From assembly GCA_052326485.1 (NCBI GenBank), contig JBKQMS010000019.1, positions 34 through 64,033 on the forward strand: a stretch of DNA of 64,000 bases, written 5' to 3'. The translations under genes were made by a program, and so were the position numbers. The DNA is from Thermoplasmata archaeon (GTDB lineage: Archaea; Thermoplasmatota; Thermoplasmata; Lutacidiplasmatales; UBA184). The notes beneath the pieces were generated by a model. That model was not told the origin of the DNA. It saw nothing but the letters and a program-made list of their open reading frames with translations, and did not search any database. Of the stretch, positions 37,198 through 47,141 are shown piece after piece. Within the stretch, counting starts at the first letter, position 1. Every line of letters begins with the position of its first letter.

Positions 37198-39051
37198 CGC
37201 ATCCGGAGGAGACCGTTCCTCGGTCATGGGGCTGTCGGTCGGAGCGTGTTCACGGTGGCGAACACGGACCGCCAGACCTCGGGCGAGTTCGGTCATCAGC
37301 CGACCGGGGAGGGACGCTTCGCCCACCGCGGCTAGCTGACCGTCCCGTACGAGGATCACGGCATCGCCGGTTCGGATGCGTTCGTCCGCGTGACGGACCC
37401 CCGGGACGAACAGATCCCCTTCGAGAGGGACGCCCGGGTCTACCTCGACGGCGAGCGGAGGGTTGGGCCAAAGTCGTCGCGCGCCGGCTACGGTGAGGTG
37501 GAACAATCCGCGTTCCTCCCGCCAGGTGGCGAGGTCCGCGCGCCCGTCGGTCACGCGCTGGAACCACGGCCGACCGCTGAGTCGCACCGGGGGAACGAAC
37601 AGCCGACGCGCGGCCTCGGGCCCGAATTGAACGCCCGCGAGCGCCTCGAGTTCCTCACGCACGACCGATAGGGGACCTCCCGGCACCGTGCTCTCGCCCG
37701 CGAGCGCATGCCCGACCGCGGACCGCAGCGCGGCGACCGCCTCGTTCGTGGTGGTCCGATCGTCGGCGAGGGTCCATCGAACGGTGTCGGACGGCGGGAG
37801 GTCCGAGGAGAGGAACGAGTACTCCTGAGGGTCGAGGTGCACGACCACCGACCGATACTTTCCGCTCGTGCGCAGATGGGCGAGCGCGGCCCGGACGAAC
37901 TCTCGCTCGCTCTCCTCCCAGTCCCCGGTGACCGGTATGTCATAGTGACGAGCAGGAGGGAGGTCCTCGAGCTCGCGCGGAACGAGACCGATCGGCGAGC
38001 TGACGGAGACGATGTGGACCCGTTCGAGCGGGGAAAGTCCTTCGAGGGCCCCCCAGAAGCGACGGTGGCTCCGGGAGCGACGGTACGGCTTCGTCTTCGA
38101 GCACGGGACCAAGAGGAGGACCGTCTTCGACGGCGGCGGACGGTACCGCTCCAGCAGTCGAGTGCGGAACCGCACCATTTCGGGCCGTCGGTGGGATTCG
38201 AGGAGGACGTAGTCACGAGACCCGGAGAACGCGACCGGTGTCCGTTCGTCGAGAAGTCCCCCGAGCTCCCGGTCGGCGTACCGGAGCATCTCGGCGAGCG
38301 CCGGCTCGGCCACGAGCCGGGACTCGACCAGCTCTCGGAGGCGCCCTCCCCGGGCGGCCGCGACGGTCTCGGCCATCGCCCGACGGCAGGCGAAGACGGC
38401 ATGTGCCGAAAGGGGACCCGCTGGGTCCGACGAGCAGGCCGTGCAATCACACGCCCGCTCGAAGGGAGGGGGAGCCGGCACGCGAGGGCCGAGCCCAGGG
38501 TCGAGGAACACGCCCTCTGCGGCCACGAGGTGGGCTTCGGTGGTGTCGACGAGGTCGATTCCGAGGTAGGCTAGGAGAGGGATCCGGTGCGGGAGTGCGA
38601 GCCGCGGGGTCCAGATCAGTGGAGACGCCCCGAATCGGGACCGAATGTCTCGAATCGCTCGCACGAACGGCAAGCCCTCGGCCCAGAGGGCCCGGGCGTT
38701 GCCGAGGACGATCAGCTCCGGCCGCTCCGAGCGCGCGGGGGCCACGGCAGCGTCCGGTGCGAGAGGCGGGTGGACCAGGAACGCCCCGGGTGCGATCGGG
38801 TAGACGCCCGGTCCCTCGCCGCTGACCTCCGGCGCGGGGATAGGGGTCTCGAGGGCGTACCGCGCGACCGAGTCAGAGAGCTCGAAACCGCGCTTTCCGG
38901 CCGGTGCCGGCACGGTGCGGAGCGAGAGACCAGGACCCCCCTCCCCATCGACCCTGCTCTCGAGGAGGGCCGGGGTCACGACCGAGAGGGGACCTAGAGT
39001 CGCCCCTCCGATCAGGGAGAGCCCCTCGAGACGTTCCACCGTTCGGGGCAT
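37183..39051 (-). CDS. arcS: Archaeosine synthase (ArcS/TgtA2 family)
   Basis: LAYLGIDLVD, CDCTAC, GRLRELVE, LLVPCSKTKPYRRSRSH, SPIGLVPRELE, YDIPVTGDW, C-terminal PUA domain. Confidence 0.9.
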   Translation of the reverse strand: MPRTVERLEGLSLIGGATLGPLSVVTPALLESRVDGEGGPGLSLRTVPAPAGKRGFELSDSVARYALETPIPAPEVSGEGPGVYPIAPGAFLVHPPLAPDAAVAPARSERPELIVLGNARALWAEGLPFVRAIRDIRSRFGASPLIWTPRLALPHRIPLLAYLGIDLVDTTEAHLVAAEGVFLDPGLGPRVPAPPPFERACDCTACSSDPAGPLSAHAVFACRRAMAETVAAARGGRLRELVESRLVAEPALAEMLRYADRELGGLLDERTPVAFSGSRDYVLLESHRRPEMVRFRTRLLERYRPPPSKTVLLLVPCSKTKPYRRSRSHRRFWGALEGLSPLERVHIVSVSSPIGLVPRELEDLPPARHYDIPVTGDWEESEREFVRAALAHLRTSGKYRSVVVHLDPQEYSFLSSDLPPSDTVRWTLADDRTTTNEAVAALRSAVGHALAGESTVPGGPLSVVREELEALAGVQFGPEAARRLFVPPVRLSGRPWFQRVTDGRADLATWREERGLFHLTVAGARRLWPNPPLAVEVDPGVPLEGDLFVPGVRHADERIRTGDAVILVRDGQLAAVGEASLPGRLMTELARGLAVRVRHREHAPTDSPMTEERSPPDAGPVV

Positions 39052-39091
39052 CGGACTGCTTCCCGCTGACGTTGATCGCGACCGGACCGGC

Positions 39092-39442
39092 CTATCCCTC
39101 GGACTTCGAACCCTTCCGACGGCCGCGCGAGGAGGGGGTCGGGCTCGGGAAGAACCCCTGCCATTGAGCGACCATCGCCTCGCGGCGACCCGCTCCTGCT
39201 TCCGACCTTCCCCGCCGACCGAAGAGGGGGTCGTGGGTGTCCCGGACGTCCCGAAGGAACTCCGCGGGGTCCGCACTGGCCTTCTCGAACCCGTACAGGA
39301 TCAGCTGTCGCAGGAACGACGAACGCCCCCGCCAGCCAATCCGACGGCGCACGGCGGGGTTCAGGTGGCGCTTCGCGAGGCGCCACACCTCATTGGTCGT
39401 CCGATAGTCGCGGGCCGAGAGGCCGATCATGACCTGGGGCAT
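39092..39442 (-). CDS. Hypothetical basic protein (possible ribbon-helix-helix-like)
   Basis: 116-aa ORF filling the gap between ubiA and arcS; RSSFLRQLILYG; family not recognised. Confidence 0.45.
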   Translation of the reverse strand: MPQVMIGLSARDYRTTNEVWRLAKRHLNPAVRRRIGWRGRSSFLRQLILYGFEKASADPAEFLRDVRDTHDPLFGRRGRSEAGAGRREAMVAQWQGFFPSPTPSSRGRRKGSKSEG

Positions 39443-39511
39443 ATCAATCGAAGGTAGAGGACTCCGGAGGAGGTATTGAGCTAGTTCCTACGGCCTAACC
39501 TACGGTTTTGC

Positions 39512-40402
39512 CTATAGAACCCACGCCGGACCGAGCGTAAGGAATACGGCGAGTGCCACTCCGGCTAGGAAGAGCGCGCTCAACGCAAAATGTCGTTCGA
39601 ACGGTACTCGCGCCTGTGAGGGGTTTCGCGCGAGGTCCCGGTCGGTGACCGCGACAAGGGCCGCCATGATGAGGAGCGCCACGAAGTAGGCGGTCGTGAG
39701 ATGAAGCGCGAGCCCGAAGACGGCGAGGAGGACGAGCGCACTCGCGTGGAGGACCGGAACGAGGCGCACCGACGCGGGGACGCCCCATCGCACCGGTACG
39801 GAAAAGAGCCCGAGCTCGCGGTCGCTCTCCACGTCCCCCAGGCTGTGGATCGTCTCGAAGGCGGTCCCCCAGGCGAGCAGACCCCCGACCGCGAGCAGGA
39901 CCACCGCGGGCAGAGTGCCCGTGACGGCGATGTAGACCGCGGCGGGCGTGATCGCCTGGACGAGGCCGAGGAACGCCGTGGTGAATGAGGTGACCCTCTT
40001 CGTGTAGCTGTAGCCGAGAACTAGGACGAGGGCGACCGGCGCGAGCACGAACGCGAGGGGGTTGAGAAGGTAGGCCGCGAGGACAAGGACCGCGGCGTTC
40101 GCCGCGCAGAAGCCGAGCGCGAACGCTGCGGAGATGCGGCCGGTCACCAGCGCGCGGTCCTGCGTCCGCGGGTTCCTCGCATCGAGCCGTCGGTCGGTCC
40201 AGCGGTTGAACGAGTGACCGGCGTTCCGCGCCGCAACGAAGGCGACCACGATCCAGAGGAGGGTCCAGAGGCTGGGTCTCCCGTTCGAGGCGAGGAGGAG
40301 GAACGCGAGGGCGAACGCGAGGTTGAGACCCAGGGTCTGGATCTCGAGGAACCGGCCGAGGGTACGGGCCGGACCCGGGGTCGGGGCGGCGTTCGCCGTC
40401 AC
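39512..40402 (-). CDS. UbiA-family aromatic prenyltransferase (MqnP-like)
   Basis: FNRWTDRRLDARNPRT, YSYTKR, D.ESDR..GLFS.P; multiple TM helices. Confidence 0.9.
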   Translation of the reverse strand: MTANAAPTPGPARTLGRFLEIQTLGLNLAFALAFLLLASNGRPSLWTLLWIVVAFVAARNAGHSFNRWTDRRLDARNPRTQDRALVTGRISAAFALGFCAANAAVLVLAAYLLNPLAFVLAPVALVLVLGYSYTKRVTSFTTAFLGLVQAITPAAVYIAVTGTLPAVVLLAVGGLLAWGTAFETIHSLGDVESDRELGLFSVPVRWGVPASVRLVPVLHASALVLLAVFGLALHLTTAYFVALLIMAALVAVTDRDLARNPSQARVPFERHFALSALFLAGVALAVFLTLGPAWVL

Positions 40403-41880
40403 GGCTTCGGTCGGCCGAACAGCCCGGCGAGGACCGGATCTTCCCGGATCGCCCGTTCCGCGGCGGCGACGGCCGTCGGGTCCGACCGGATCTCCTCGGG
40501 CCAGGGTCGCGGAAATCCGTCCTCGGGCCGCTTACGGGTCGCGTCGATGCCGACCTTGGCGCCGAGGTTCGGCACGGGGTTCGAGATCGACAGCTGGTCG
40601 ACCGGGCCGTGCGAGAGCTCGAAGTCGCGTCCCGGGTCGGCCTGGAGGCCGACGCGGTAGAGGACCTCGGAGAGGTCGTGGACGTCCACGTCCTCGTCGA
40701 CCACGACAAGGTAGCGCAGGAACATCATCTGGCCGAGGCCCCAGAGGGCGTGCATCACCTTGCGGGGGTGCTCCGGATACGCCTTGCGGATGGAGACGAT
40801 TCCGACGTTGATGAACAGCCCCTCCATCGGGAGGTTCATGTCGACGATCTCGGGGAGGACCATCCGGACCACCGGCCGGAAGATCCGCTCGACTGCCTTC
40901 CCGAGGACAGCGTCCTCGGTCGGAGGCTTGCCGGTGACGGTCGCGAGGTAGACGGGCCGGCTTCGGTGGGTCACGCGAGTGACGTGGAAGACCGGGAAGG
41001 GTTCGGGAGCCGAGTAGTAGCCCGTGTGGTCCCCGAAGGGACCCTCCACGGCCCGCTCGGTGGGGTGCACGTATCCTTCGAGGACGACCTCGGCGTTCGC
41101 GGGGACCTCGAGGTCGACGGAGCGGGCCGGGACGAGCTCGACCGGCTCGGACCGCAGGAACCCGGCAAAGACGAAGTTCGACAGACCCTCGGGAACCGGA
41201 GCGAGCCCCGAGAAGACCGTGGCCGGGTCCGCGCCGATCACGGCGGCGACCGGCATTCTCTCCCCCCGGGCGGCCCACTTGCGATAGTTGTTCGCCCCCA
41301 CCCGGTGGACCTGGAAATGCATTCCGAGGGTGTCCGGCCCGTACTGCTGCAGGCGGTAGATTCCGGCGTGCGGCTCGCCTGTCTCCGGGTCCTTCGTGAG
41401 AACGACGGGGAAAGTGATCGTCCGCCCCCCGTCGTTCGGCCAGCACTTCAGGATAGGGAGACGGTCGAGGTCCACGGTCGTCTCCTCGACCTCCTGGCAG
41501 GGCGCGGACCGGACCCGTTTGGGGGCAAGCGAGCGCAGGGTCGAGAGGGTCTCGATAGTCCCCGAGAGGTCCCGGACGGCTCCGAGCACGCCGGCGGGTG
41601 GTCGGAGGTGGACGAGCCGTTCTACCCGCTCGGCCACTTCCTCGATGGATTTCGCCCCGAGCGCGGTGGCGATCCGTCGCGGCGACCCAAGAAGGTTCGT
41701 GACGACCGGCATGGACGCCCCCGGGACGTTCTCGAACAGGAGGGCGGGGCCGTCGGCCCGGAGGACCCGTTGGGTGATCTCGGTGATCTCGAGGTCCCTC
41801 GACACCGGTCGCGTCACGCGGACCAGGTCGCCGCGCGACTCGAGCGCGGACAGGAACTCCCCCAGGGAACGGAACGCCAC
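40399..41880 (-). CDS. UbiD-family decarboxylase (MqnL-like)
   Basis: GPALLFEN, WPNDGG, EVVLEG, EGPFGDHTGYY, VVVDEDVD, GIDAT. Confidence 0.92.
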   Translation of the reverse strand: MAFRSLGEFLSALESRGDLVRVTRPVSRDLEITEITQRVLRADGPALLFENVPGASMPVVTNLLGSPRRIATALGAKSIEEVAERVERLVHLRPPAGVLGAVRDLSGTIETLSTLRSLAPKRVRSAPCQEVEETTVDLDRLPILKCWPNDGGRTITFPVVLTKDPETGEPHAGIYRLQQYGPDTLGMHFQVHRVGANNYRKWAARGERMPVAAVIGADPATVFSGLAPVPEGLSNFVFAGFLRSEPVELVPARSVDLEVPANAEVVLEGYVHPTERAVEGPFGDHTGYYSAPEPFPVFHVTRVTHRSRPVYLATVTGKPPTEDAVLGKAVERIFRPVVRMVLPEIVDMNLPMEGLFINVGIVSIRKAYPEHPRKVMHALWGLGQMMFLRYLVVVDEDVDVHDLSEVLYRVGLQADPGRDFELSHGPVDQLSISNPVPNLGAKVGIDATRKRPEDGFPRPWPEEIRSDPTAVAAAERAIREDPVLAGLFGRPKP

Positions 41881-41960
41881 GAGGGCCGGCGAATCTCCCG
41901 AGTTATTAAACGAGGGGGACGGGGTCAAGGTTCATATCGGAACCCCCGGTCGGGCCGGGG

Positions 41961-42695
41961 ATGCAGACCGTCACGCTCGAAATCCGTACAGAGGACCTCG
42001 CGCTCCTCGGGCTCATTCCCGAAGGGTTGTTCGCGAAGTACGAGGAGGTCGAGCTCCTCGAGACCCTTCGCCTCGAACAAGGCTGGCGCCTCCAGCTGCT
42101 CCGGGTCCGGCGTCGGGGCCCCCTCAAGACCGCGTCCGAGCTCGAGCGCGAATCCCGACGCATCCGAGCATTGTACGGCCTCGAGAGCTTCGAGCTCGTC
42201 GAGCGACGGCCCCGCACCCACGACTACATCCTGCTCGTCCGCCAACGCAACCCCGAACGCCTCCGCCGGCTCCTCTCGCTCGCCGGCGGAGAGATCTCGC
42301 CGACCGCCCCCTTCCGGATCGACGCCGAGAAGGTCATCGCAACGTTCCACGGTCAGGAGCGAGCGTTGCGTCGCGTGCTCAAGCGCCTCGACCGCGAGGA
42401 GTTCCCGTACCGCGTGATGCGGGCGTCGGGACGCCCGTACGCCCCGGACGAGGGGACGGCCCCGCTCACGCCCCTCCAGTCGCGCCTCTTGGCCCGAGCG
42501 TGGGTCATGGGCTACTACGCGGTGCCCCGCCGCATCACGCTGACCCGCCTCGCCCATCAGACCGGTCGAAGCGCTCCCGCGCTCGGCAAGGTCCTCCGCC
42601 GGGCCGAGGGCCATATCGTGGCCCGCTGGCTGGCCGCGGAAGGAACGGTGCCCGAAGGGGAACCGTCCGAGGGGAACCCCGCGCGGGAACCGTAA
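41961..42695 (+). CDS. Bat-type (HTH_10) transcriptional regulator
   Basis: C-terminal LTPLQ…AWVMGYYAVPRRITLTRLA…LRRAE. Confidence 0.85.
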   Translation: MQTVTLEIRTEDLALLGLIPEGLFAKYEEVELLETLRLEQGWRLQLLRVRRRGPLKTASELERESRRIRALYGLESFELVERRPRTHDYILLVRQRNPERLRRLLSLAGGEISPTAPFRIDAEKVIATFHGQERALRRVLKRLDREEFPYRVMRASGRPYAPDEGTAPLTPLQSRLLARAWVMGYYAVPRRITLTRLAHQTGRSAPALGKVLRRAEGHIVARWLAAEGTVPEGEPSEGNPAREP

Positions 42696-42720
42696 AGAGA
42701 CACGGGAGCTCGCGACGACC

Positions 42721-43164
42721 GTGCCTCGTCGAGCGCGAACGGTCCGGGTCGAGCGGGTTCACGGAGTGCCCGAGGTCGCCCTCCCGGTCCGAGCCACCCG
42801 TGGGTCGGCGTGCTTCGACCTCGCGAGCGCCGAGGCCGTCGAGCTCGAGCGCGGTCGGGTCACGCTCGTGCGGACCGGGCTCAAGGTGCGCTGCCCTCCC
42901 GGGACGTTCCTCGAGGTGCGGCCTCGCAGCGGGCTCAGCAGCCGCGGGGTCCTCATGGTGAATGCCCCCGGTACGGTCGACCGGGATTACTCCGGGGAGG
43001 TCCGCGTTCCCCTCACGTACTTGTTCGAAGGGAGGTATCGCATCGAGGCCGGCGACCGGATCGGCCAGGTCCGCCTCGTCTCCGACGAGCCCGCCGTCTT
43101 CCAGCACGGCAAGGTCGCCCCCGTCCGCTCCCGCGCGGGGGGGTTCGGCAGCACCGGCCGCTAG
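42721..43164 (+). CDS. dut: dUTP diphosphatase
   Basis: SACFDL, RPRSGL, PGTVDRDYSGE, GDRIGQ, RAGGFGSTG. Confidence 0.95.
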   Translation: MPRRARTVRVERVHGVPEVALPVRATRGSACFDLASAEAVELERGRVTLVRTGLKVRCPPGTFLEVRPRSGLSSRGVLMVNAPGTVDRDYSGEVRVPLTYLFEGRYRIEAGDRIGQVRLVSDEPAVFQHGKVAPVRSRAGGFGSTGR

Positions 43165-44765
43165 CGGAACTCGGAAAGGAGCCGCTGCACCCGCTTCCGG
43201 TCGGGCGGCGGCGGCGCGTGACCTTTCTCTACCTCGTCCTGGATCTCGACCAGCATGTCGTGCATCCGTCGCTCCCGCGCGAACGCGGAGCGATGCAACC
43301 CGACGTCTCGAGTTCCCTCGGCCACGAGGACGATCGCGCGCCCCGTCCGAACCCGGCCGGTGCGACCCCGTCGCTGGATCGTGCGGATCACGTCCGGGAC
43401 CGGTTCGTAGAAGACGACGAGGTCGGTCGCGGGGATATCCAGGCCTTCCTCGGCCACGGACGTCGCCACGAGACAGTTCCGCTCGCCCGACCGGAACCGG
43501 TCGAGGACGGAGCCCTGCTCGCGCTGAGAGAGCCCCACGTCCTTCCCATGGCTCGCCTGGCCGACGAACCGGGCGGGCCGTACGCCGGGGTCGCTGAGGC
43601 GTTCGATCTCCTCGACGACGTGGTCGACGGTGCCGCGGTACTGGGCGAAGACGATCACGCGCGCGTTCGGGTTCCGGTGGAGCTCGTCGCGCACGATCTC
43701 CACGGTCTTCGCGAGCTTCGGGTGCTCCACCGTTAGGGACTCGAGGCGCCGGGCGACCTCCTCGACATCGGGGTCGCCCAGGAACGCCCGGAGGGACGCG
43801 GTCCATCGCCGTCCTTCGCTGGGGCGCTGGCGAGCAAGGAATTCCCGGAGGGAGTCGACCCCTTGGGTCTCAATGAGCTCGAGCGCATGGAGCCCCTTCA
43901 TGGCCGCCGCCTGGGTCGTCCGGGCCTTCCAGAGCAATCCCGAGGCCGAGCCCGATTGGGCCTCCTCCGCACCGATCTGCCGGTTCAGGCGGCTTCCGAG
44001 GTCGAGGAGGACCCGTCGGCCCGCCTCTCCAGGCGGCAACAGGTCGAGCTTCCGGAGGATGTCCACTTGCCGCTGCACCGCCGCGCGGAGGAGGATCGCG
44101 AGGTACTGGACCTCGGGCGGCACCGGCACCTCCACCGTCTCCACTCCGATCCCATGGATGTACGGCGCGACGTCGGGGCTCAGTTCGGTGCGATACTCGA
44201 AACGCTCGATACCGAGGTTCGCCCATACCTCCCGGATCCGCCGTCGGCTACCGCCCGGAGAGGCGGTCATCGCGAGCACGCGCGCGCCGGGTCCGTCGCG
44301 GTTCGCCTTCGCGATGGTCACGTACGGATAGTCGCCGACCGCTCGGTGCGCCTCGTCGAATACGATGAGGGAGAACGTGTTCAGCGGGAACTCGCCCGTG
44401 GCGAGGTCGTTCCCGATCACTTGCGGAGTGGCGGCCACCACCTGGGGGGGTCGCAGGAGGGTCGCCCGGCGCTCCGGTGCGATCGCCCCGGTGAGCGTCA
44501 GGGGCTCGGGCGCGAGGAGGGTTCGCGCGACGCTCGCCGCATGCTGCACGACGAGCGGTCGGGTCGGCGCGAGGAGCAGCACCGACTCGGTCGGGGCCCG
44601 GCGCAGGAACTCGGCGATCACCCGGAGGGCGATCGCGGTCTTCCCGAGGCCCGTAGGAAGGACCACGAGCGTGTTCCGCTCGACCGCGACCTCGGCGATG
44701 CGCTCCTGATAGACCCGGTCCTCGAGGAGGCCGGGCCGGACCCGGGGGTGCTCGACGGTGGCCAT
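43161..44765 (-). CDS. hef: Hef/FANCM-like SF2 helicase (helicase portion only)
   Basis: LPTGLGKT, DEAH, MTASPG, FVGQ, ATSVAEEGLDIP, QRRGRTGR; no ERCC4 domain. Confidence 0.9.
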   Translation of the reverse strand: MATVEHPRVRPGLLEDRVYQERIAEVAVERNTLVVLPTGLGKTAIALRVIAEFLRRAPTESVLLLAPTRPLVVQHAASVARTLLAPEPLTLTGAIAPERRATLLRPPQVVAATPQVIGNDLATGEFPLNTFSLIVFDEAHRAVGDYPYVTIAKANRDGPGARVLAMTASPGGSRRRIREVWANLGIERFEYRTELSPDVAPYIHGIGVETVEVPVPPEVQYLAILLRAAVQRQVDILRKLDLLPPGEAGRRVLLDLGSRLNRQIGAEEAQSGSASGLLWKARTTQAAAMKGLHALELIETQGVDSLREFLARQRPSEGRRWTASLRAFLGDPDVEEVARRLESLTVEHPKLAKTVEIVRDELHRNPNARVIVFAQYRGTVDHVVEEIERLSDPGVRPARFVGQASHGKDVGLSQREQGSVLDRFRSGERNCLVATSVAEEGLDIPATDLVVFYEPVPDVIRTIQRRGRTGRVRTGRAIVLVAEGTRDVGLHRSAFARERRMHDMLVEIQDEVEKGHAPPPPDRKRVQRLLSEFR

Positions 44766-44826
44766 CGACGGAGCGCTCCGAGCGCCCACAGGCCAGCCCT
44801 TTATTAGGGGCGGTCTACGCCGGACG

Positions 44827-45969
44827 ATGGTACCCTTCTGGGTCGAGCTCCTTCTCGTCGTCGCTTCGGTCGCCGTTCTGCTGTACCAGGGGTTCGCGCT
44901 GTTGCTCGCGGCCCAGATGCCGCGCTTGGACCCCGCGCCGCCGGCGCTCTCGGCCGAGGCCCTCCCCCGGGTCAGCGTGGTGATCGCCGCCCGCAACGAG
45001 GAGCTCGACCTGCCGGCCACACTGGACGACCTGCTGGCCCAGGACTACCCGGACCTCGAGATCCTCGTCGTGGAGGACAGCTCGACCGACCGGACCGGAG
45101 AGGTGATCGACGCGCGGGCCCCTCGGGTGCGTCGCCTCAACCCTCCGCCGCTGCCTGCCGGGTGGGTTGGGAAGAACTGGGCGTGCTGGAACGGCGCCCG
45201 CGCGGCCACGGGAGAATGGATCCTTTTCGAGGATGCCGACGTCCGCACCCACCCCGCGGCGGTCCGAACCTCCCTCGAGTGGGCGCAGCGAGAGCACGCC
45301 GACCTCGCGTCGATCGGGCCGGCCGTCGACATGCGGAGCTTCTGGGAGCGGGTGGTCCTTCCGTTCTACATCCAGGTGGTCCTCACGTACTTCCGTGCCC
45401 CGCACGTCAACCGAACGCGCTCGAAGAGCGCGATGGCGAACGGGCAGTTCTGGCTCACTCCCCGGACCGTGTACTACGGGCTCGGCGGCCACGAGGCCGT
45501 CCGGTCGATCGTCCTCGAGGACGTCGCGATCGCGCGGCGGTATCGGACGGCCGGTCGTGCGCTGAGGTTCGCGTGGGCTCCTCGGCTCGCCCACACCCGG
45601 ATGTACCGGAACCGTCCGGAGATGTTCGAGGGCCTCCTCAAGAACGTCCACGGGACCGAGTTCTCCGCCGCCCGCCTCGTCGTCTCCATCGCGGGGCTGG
45701 TCGGATTCTTCCTCCTCCCGCTCGCCCTCCTCCCGTTCGGGCTCCTGACAGGCGCGTTCGGACTGACCCTGCTGGGCGGCTTCCTCTATTTCGCGCTCTT
45801 CGGCAAGCACGTCGTCTTCGCCCGGGCCCTCGGAGCTCCCTCGGCCTACGGGCTCCTCTATCCGGTCGCGGTGGGGTACTACGTGGTGCTGCTCGTGACC
45901 TCGCTCGCCCGCGGGCTCCGACGGAGAACGGTCGCTTGGAAAGGCCGCTCCTATCCGATGGGGCCATAG
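44827..45969 (+). CDS. Membrane GT2 glycosyltransferase (CrtQ/HpnB-like)
   Basis: VSVVIAARNEE, D.STDRT, GWVGKNWAC, FEDAD, ANGQF, EDV, RMY, WKGR. Confidence 0.88.
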   Translation: MVPFWVELLLVVASVAVLLYQGFALLLAAQMPRLDPAPPALSAEALPRVSVVIAARNEELDLPATLDDLLAQDYPDLEILVVEDSSTDRTGEVIDARAPRVRRLNPPPLPAGWVGKNWACWNGARAATGEWILFEDADVRTHPAAVRTSLEWAQREHADLASIGPAVDMRSFWERVVLPFYIQVVLTYFRAPHVNRTRSKSAMANGQFWLTPRTVYYGLGGHEAVRSIVLEDVAIARRYRTAGRALRFAWAPRLAHTRMYRNRPEMFEGLLKNVHGTEFSAARLVVSIAGLVGFFLLPLALLPFGLLTGAFGLTLLGGFLYFALFGKHVVFARALGAPSAYGLLYPVAVGYYVVLLVTSLARGLRRRTVAWKGRSYPMGP

Positions 45970-46029
45970 GTCCCCAAAACGCTCGGCGAATACGCCGGAT
46001 CGTGGTCCCGAACGAAGTGGTCGCAGCGG

Positions 46030-46707
46030 CTACGCGTCGGCGTCCGGCTCGGCGGGCGCGTCTGCCGGGAGGGGCACTTCGGACCGCTTCAGGTACTCCG
46101 GAGGCACCCGATCGACGAGGTAGACGGTCTTCCCGGCCTTCATGATGACGAGGCCGCCCTCCCGGGCACGCTTCGCGTCCACCTCGAGGATCACCGGTTC
46201 GGGGGTGCGCACCCGGCCGGCGGCTTGAGCGTCTCCCGCGGTCTTCGAAAGGTGGACCTTCTTCCGGTCCGAGGGCTTGAGGCCTACCTCGAGAACGATC
46301 GGCGCCTCTTCGGCCGTGACCGGGTAGTACAGGCAGTCGGGGATGTTCTCCGTGGGCAGGTCGAGGTCCAGGTCGACCGTGTGCCCGTACGTCGCCCGGA
46401 TCCGGTCGTCCCGGACCTCGTAGCGGCCTTTCGCATCGGTCTCGGCGATCGCGACCAGATGTTGGGGACGCAGCCAGTGGTACGCAGGGTGTTTCTGCGA
46501 AATCGCACGGACCATCTGTGGGAGGGCGACCCAACCCTGGGGGTCGATCGGGAGTTGGTAGCGGTCCGGGAAGTGCCGGAGGATACCGGTCACGATCCGA
46601 CCGAGGTGGTCGAGCTCCCGGTCGTTCATCAGGAACCGTCCGGGTTGGCCGCAGACCGGGCAGCTCTCCGCCCGGAAGTACCCGTGCTGTGCGCACTCCT
46701 TCAGCAT
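46030..46707 (-). CDS. kptA: RNA 2'-phosphotransferase (Tpt1/KptA)
   Basis: ILRH, KGRYE, IRATYGHT, VHLS; N-terminal C..H..CPVC. Confidence 0.93.
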   Translation of the reverse strand: MLKECAQHGYFRAESCPVCGQPGRFLMNDRELDHLGRIVTGILRHFPDRYQLPIDPQGWVALPQMVRAISQKHPAYHWLRPQHLVAIAETDAKGRYEVRDDRIRATYGHTVDLDLDLPTENIPDCLYYPVTAEEAPIVLEVGLKPSDRKKVHLSKTAGDAQAAGRVRTPEPVILEVDAKRAREGGLVIMKAGKTVYLVDRVPPEYLKRSEVPLPADAPAEPDADA

Positions 46708-46721
46708 CGACTCGGTTCTCG

Positions 46722-47009
46722 TCAGGTCTTGACCTTGTCCGCCTTCTTCTCGAAGTCCGTCAGGAGGTCCCCGTAGAGGTCCGTCAGGTCCTTCAGCACC
46801 CGCTTCAGGACCTGCTGGGGCTTCTCTCCCTTCGTCTTCAGGTAGAGCGTGGGGCGGTCGAGGTAGGGGTGGCCGAGGTAGTAACGGGCCTCGAGGACCT
46901 TCTCCTCCTTCTGGAGCGCCTCGACGAGCGGGATGAGAAGCGTCTCCTCGCCCTTCGGGAACTCGACCCGGAGAAGGTCGTGCTCCTTTTCGACGACGCG
47001 AATCTCCAT
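46722..47009 (-). CDS. rpoL: DNA-directed RNA polymerase subunit L (Rpo11)
   Basis: MEIRVVEKE…GEETLL…ARYYLGHP…TKGEKP. Confidence 0.9.
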   Translation of the reverse strand: MEIRVVEKEHDLLRVEFPKGEETLLIPLVEALQKEEKVLEARYYLGHPYLDRPTLYLKTKGEKPQQVLKRVLKDLTDLYGDLLTDFEKKADKVKT

Positions 47010-47141
47010 CGGTGGCCCCGGAGGCCCGGCCACTTGCGAGCGCTTCTTAAGCGTGGCGGGAGCGAACGTGGAGCGTCCGCCGCTGACGTCCCCCGCCGAC
47101 GCCCATAATATAACGTTCATCGACTCCTCCGAAACGCAACC

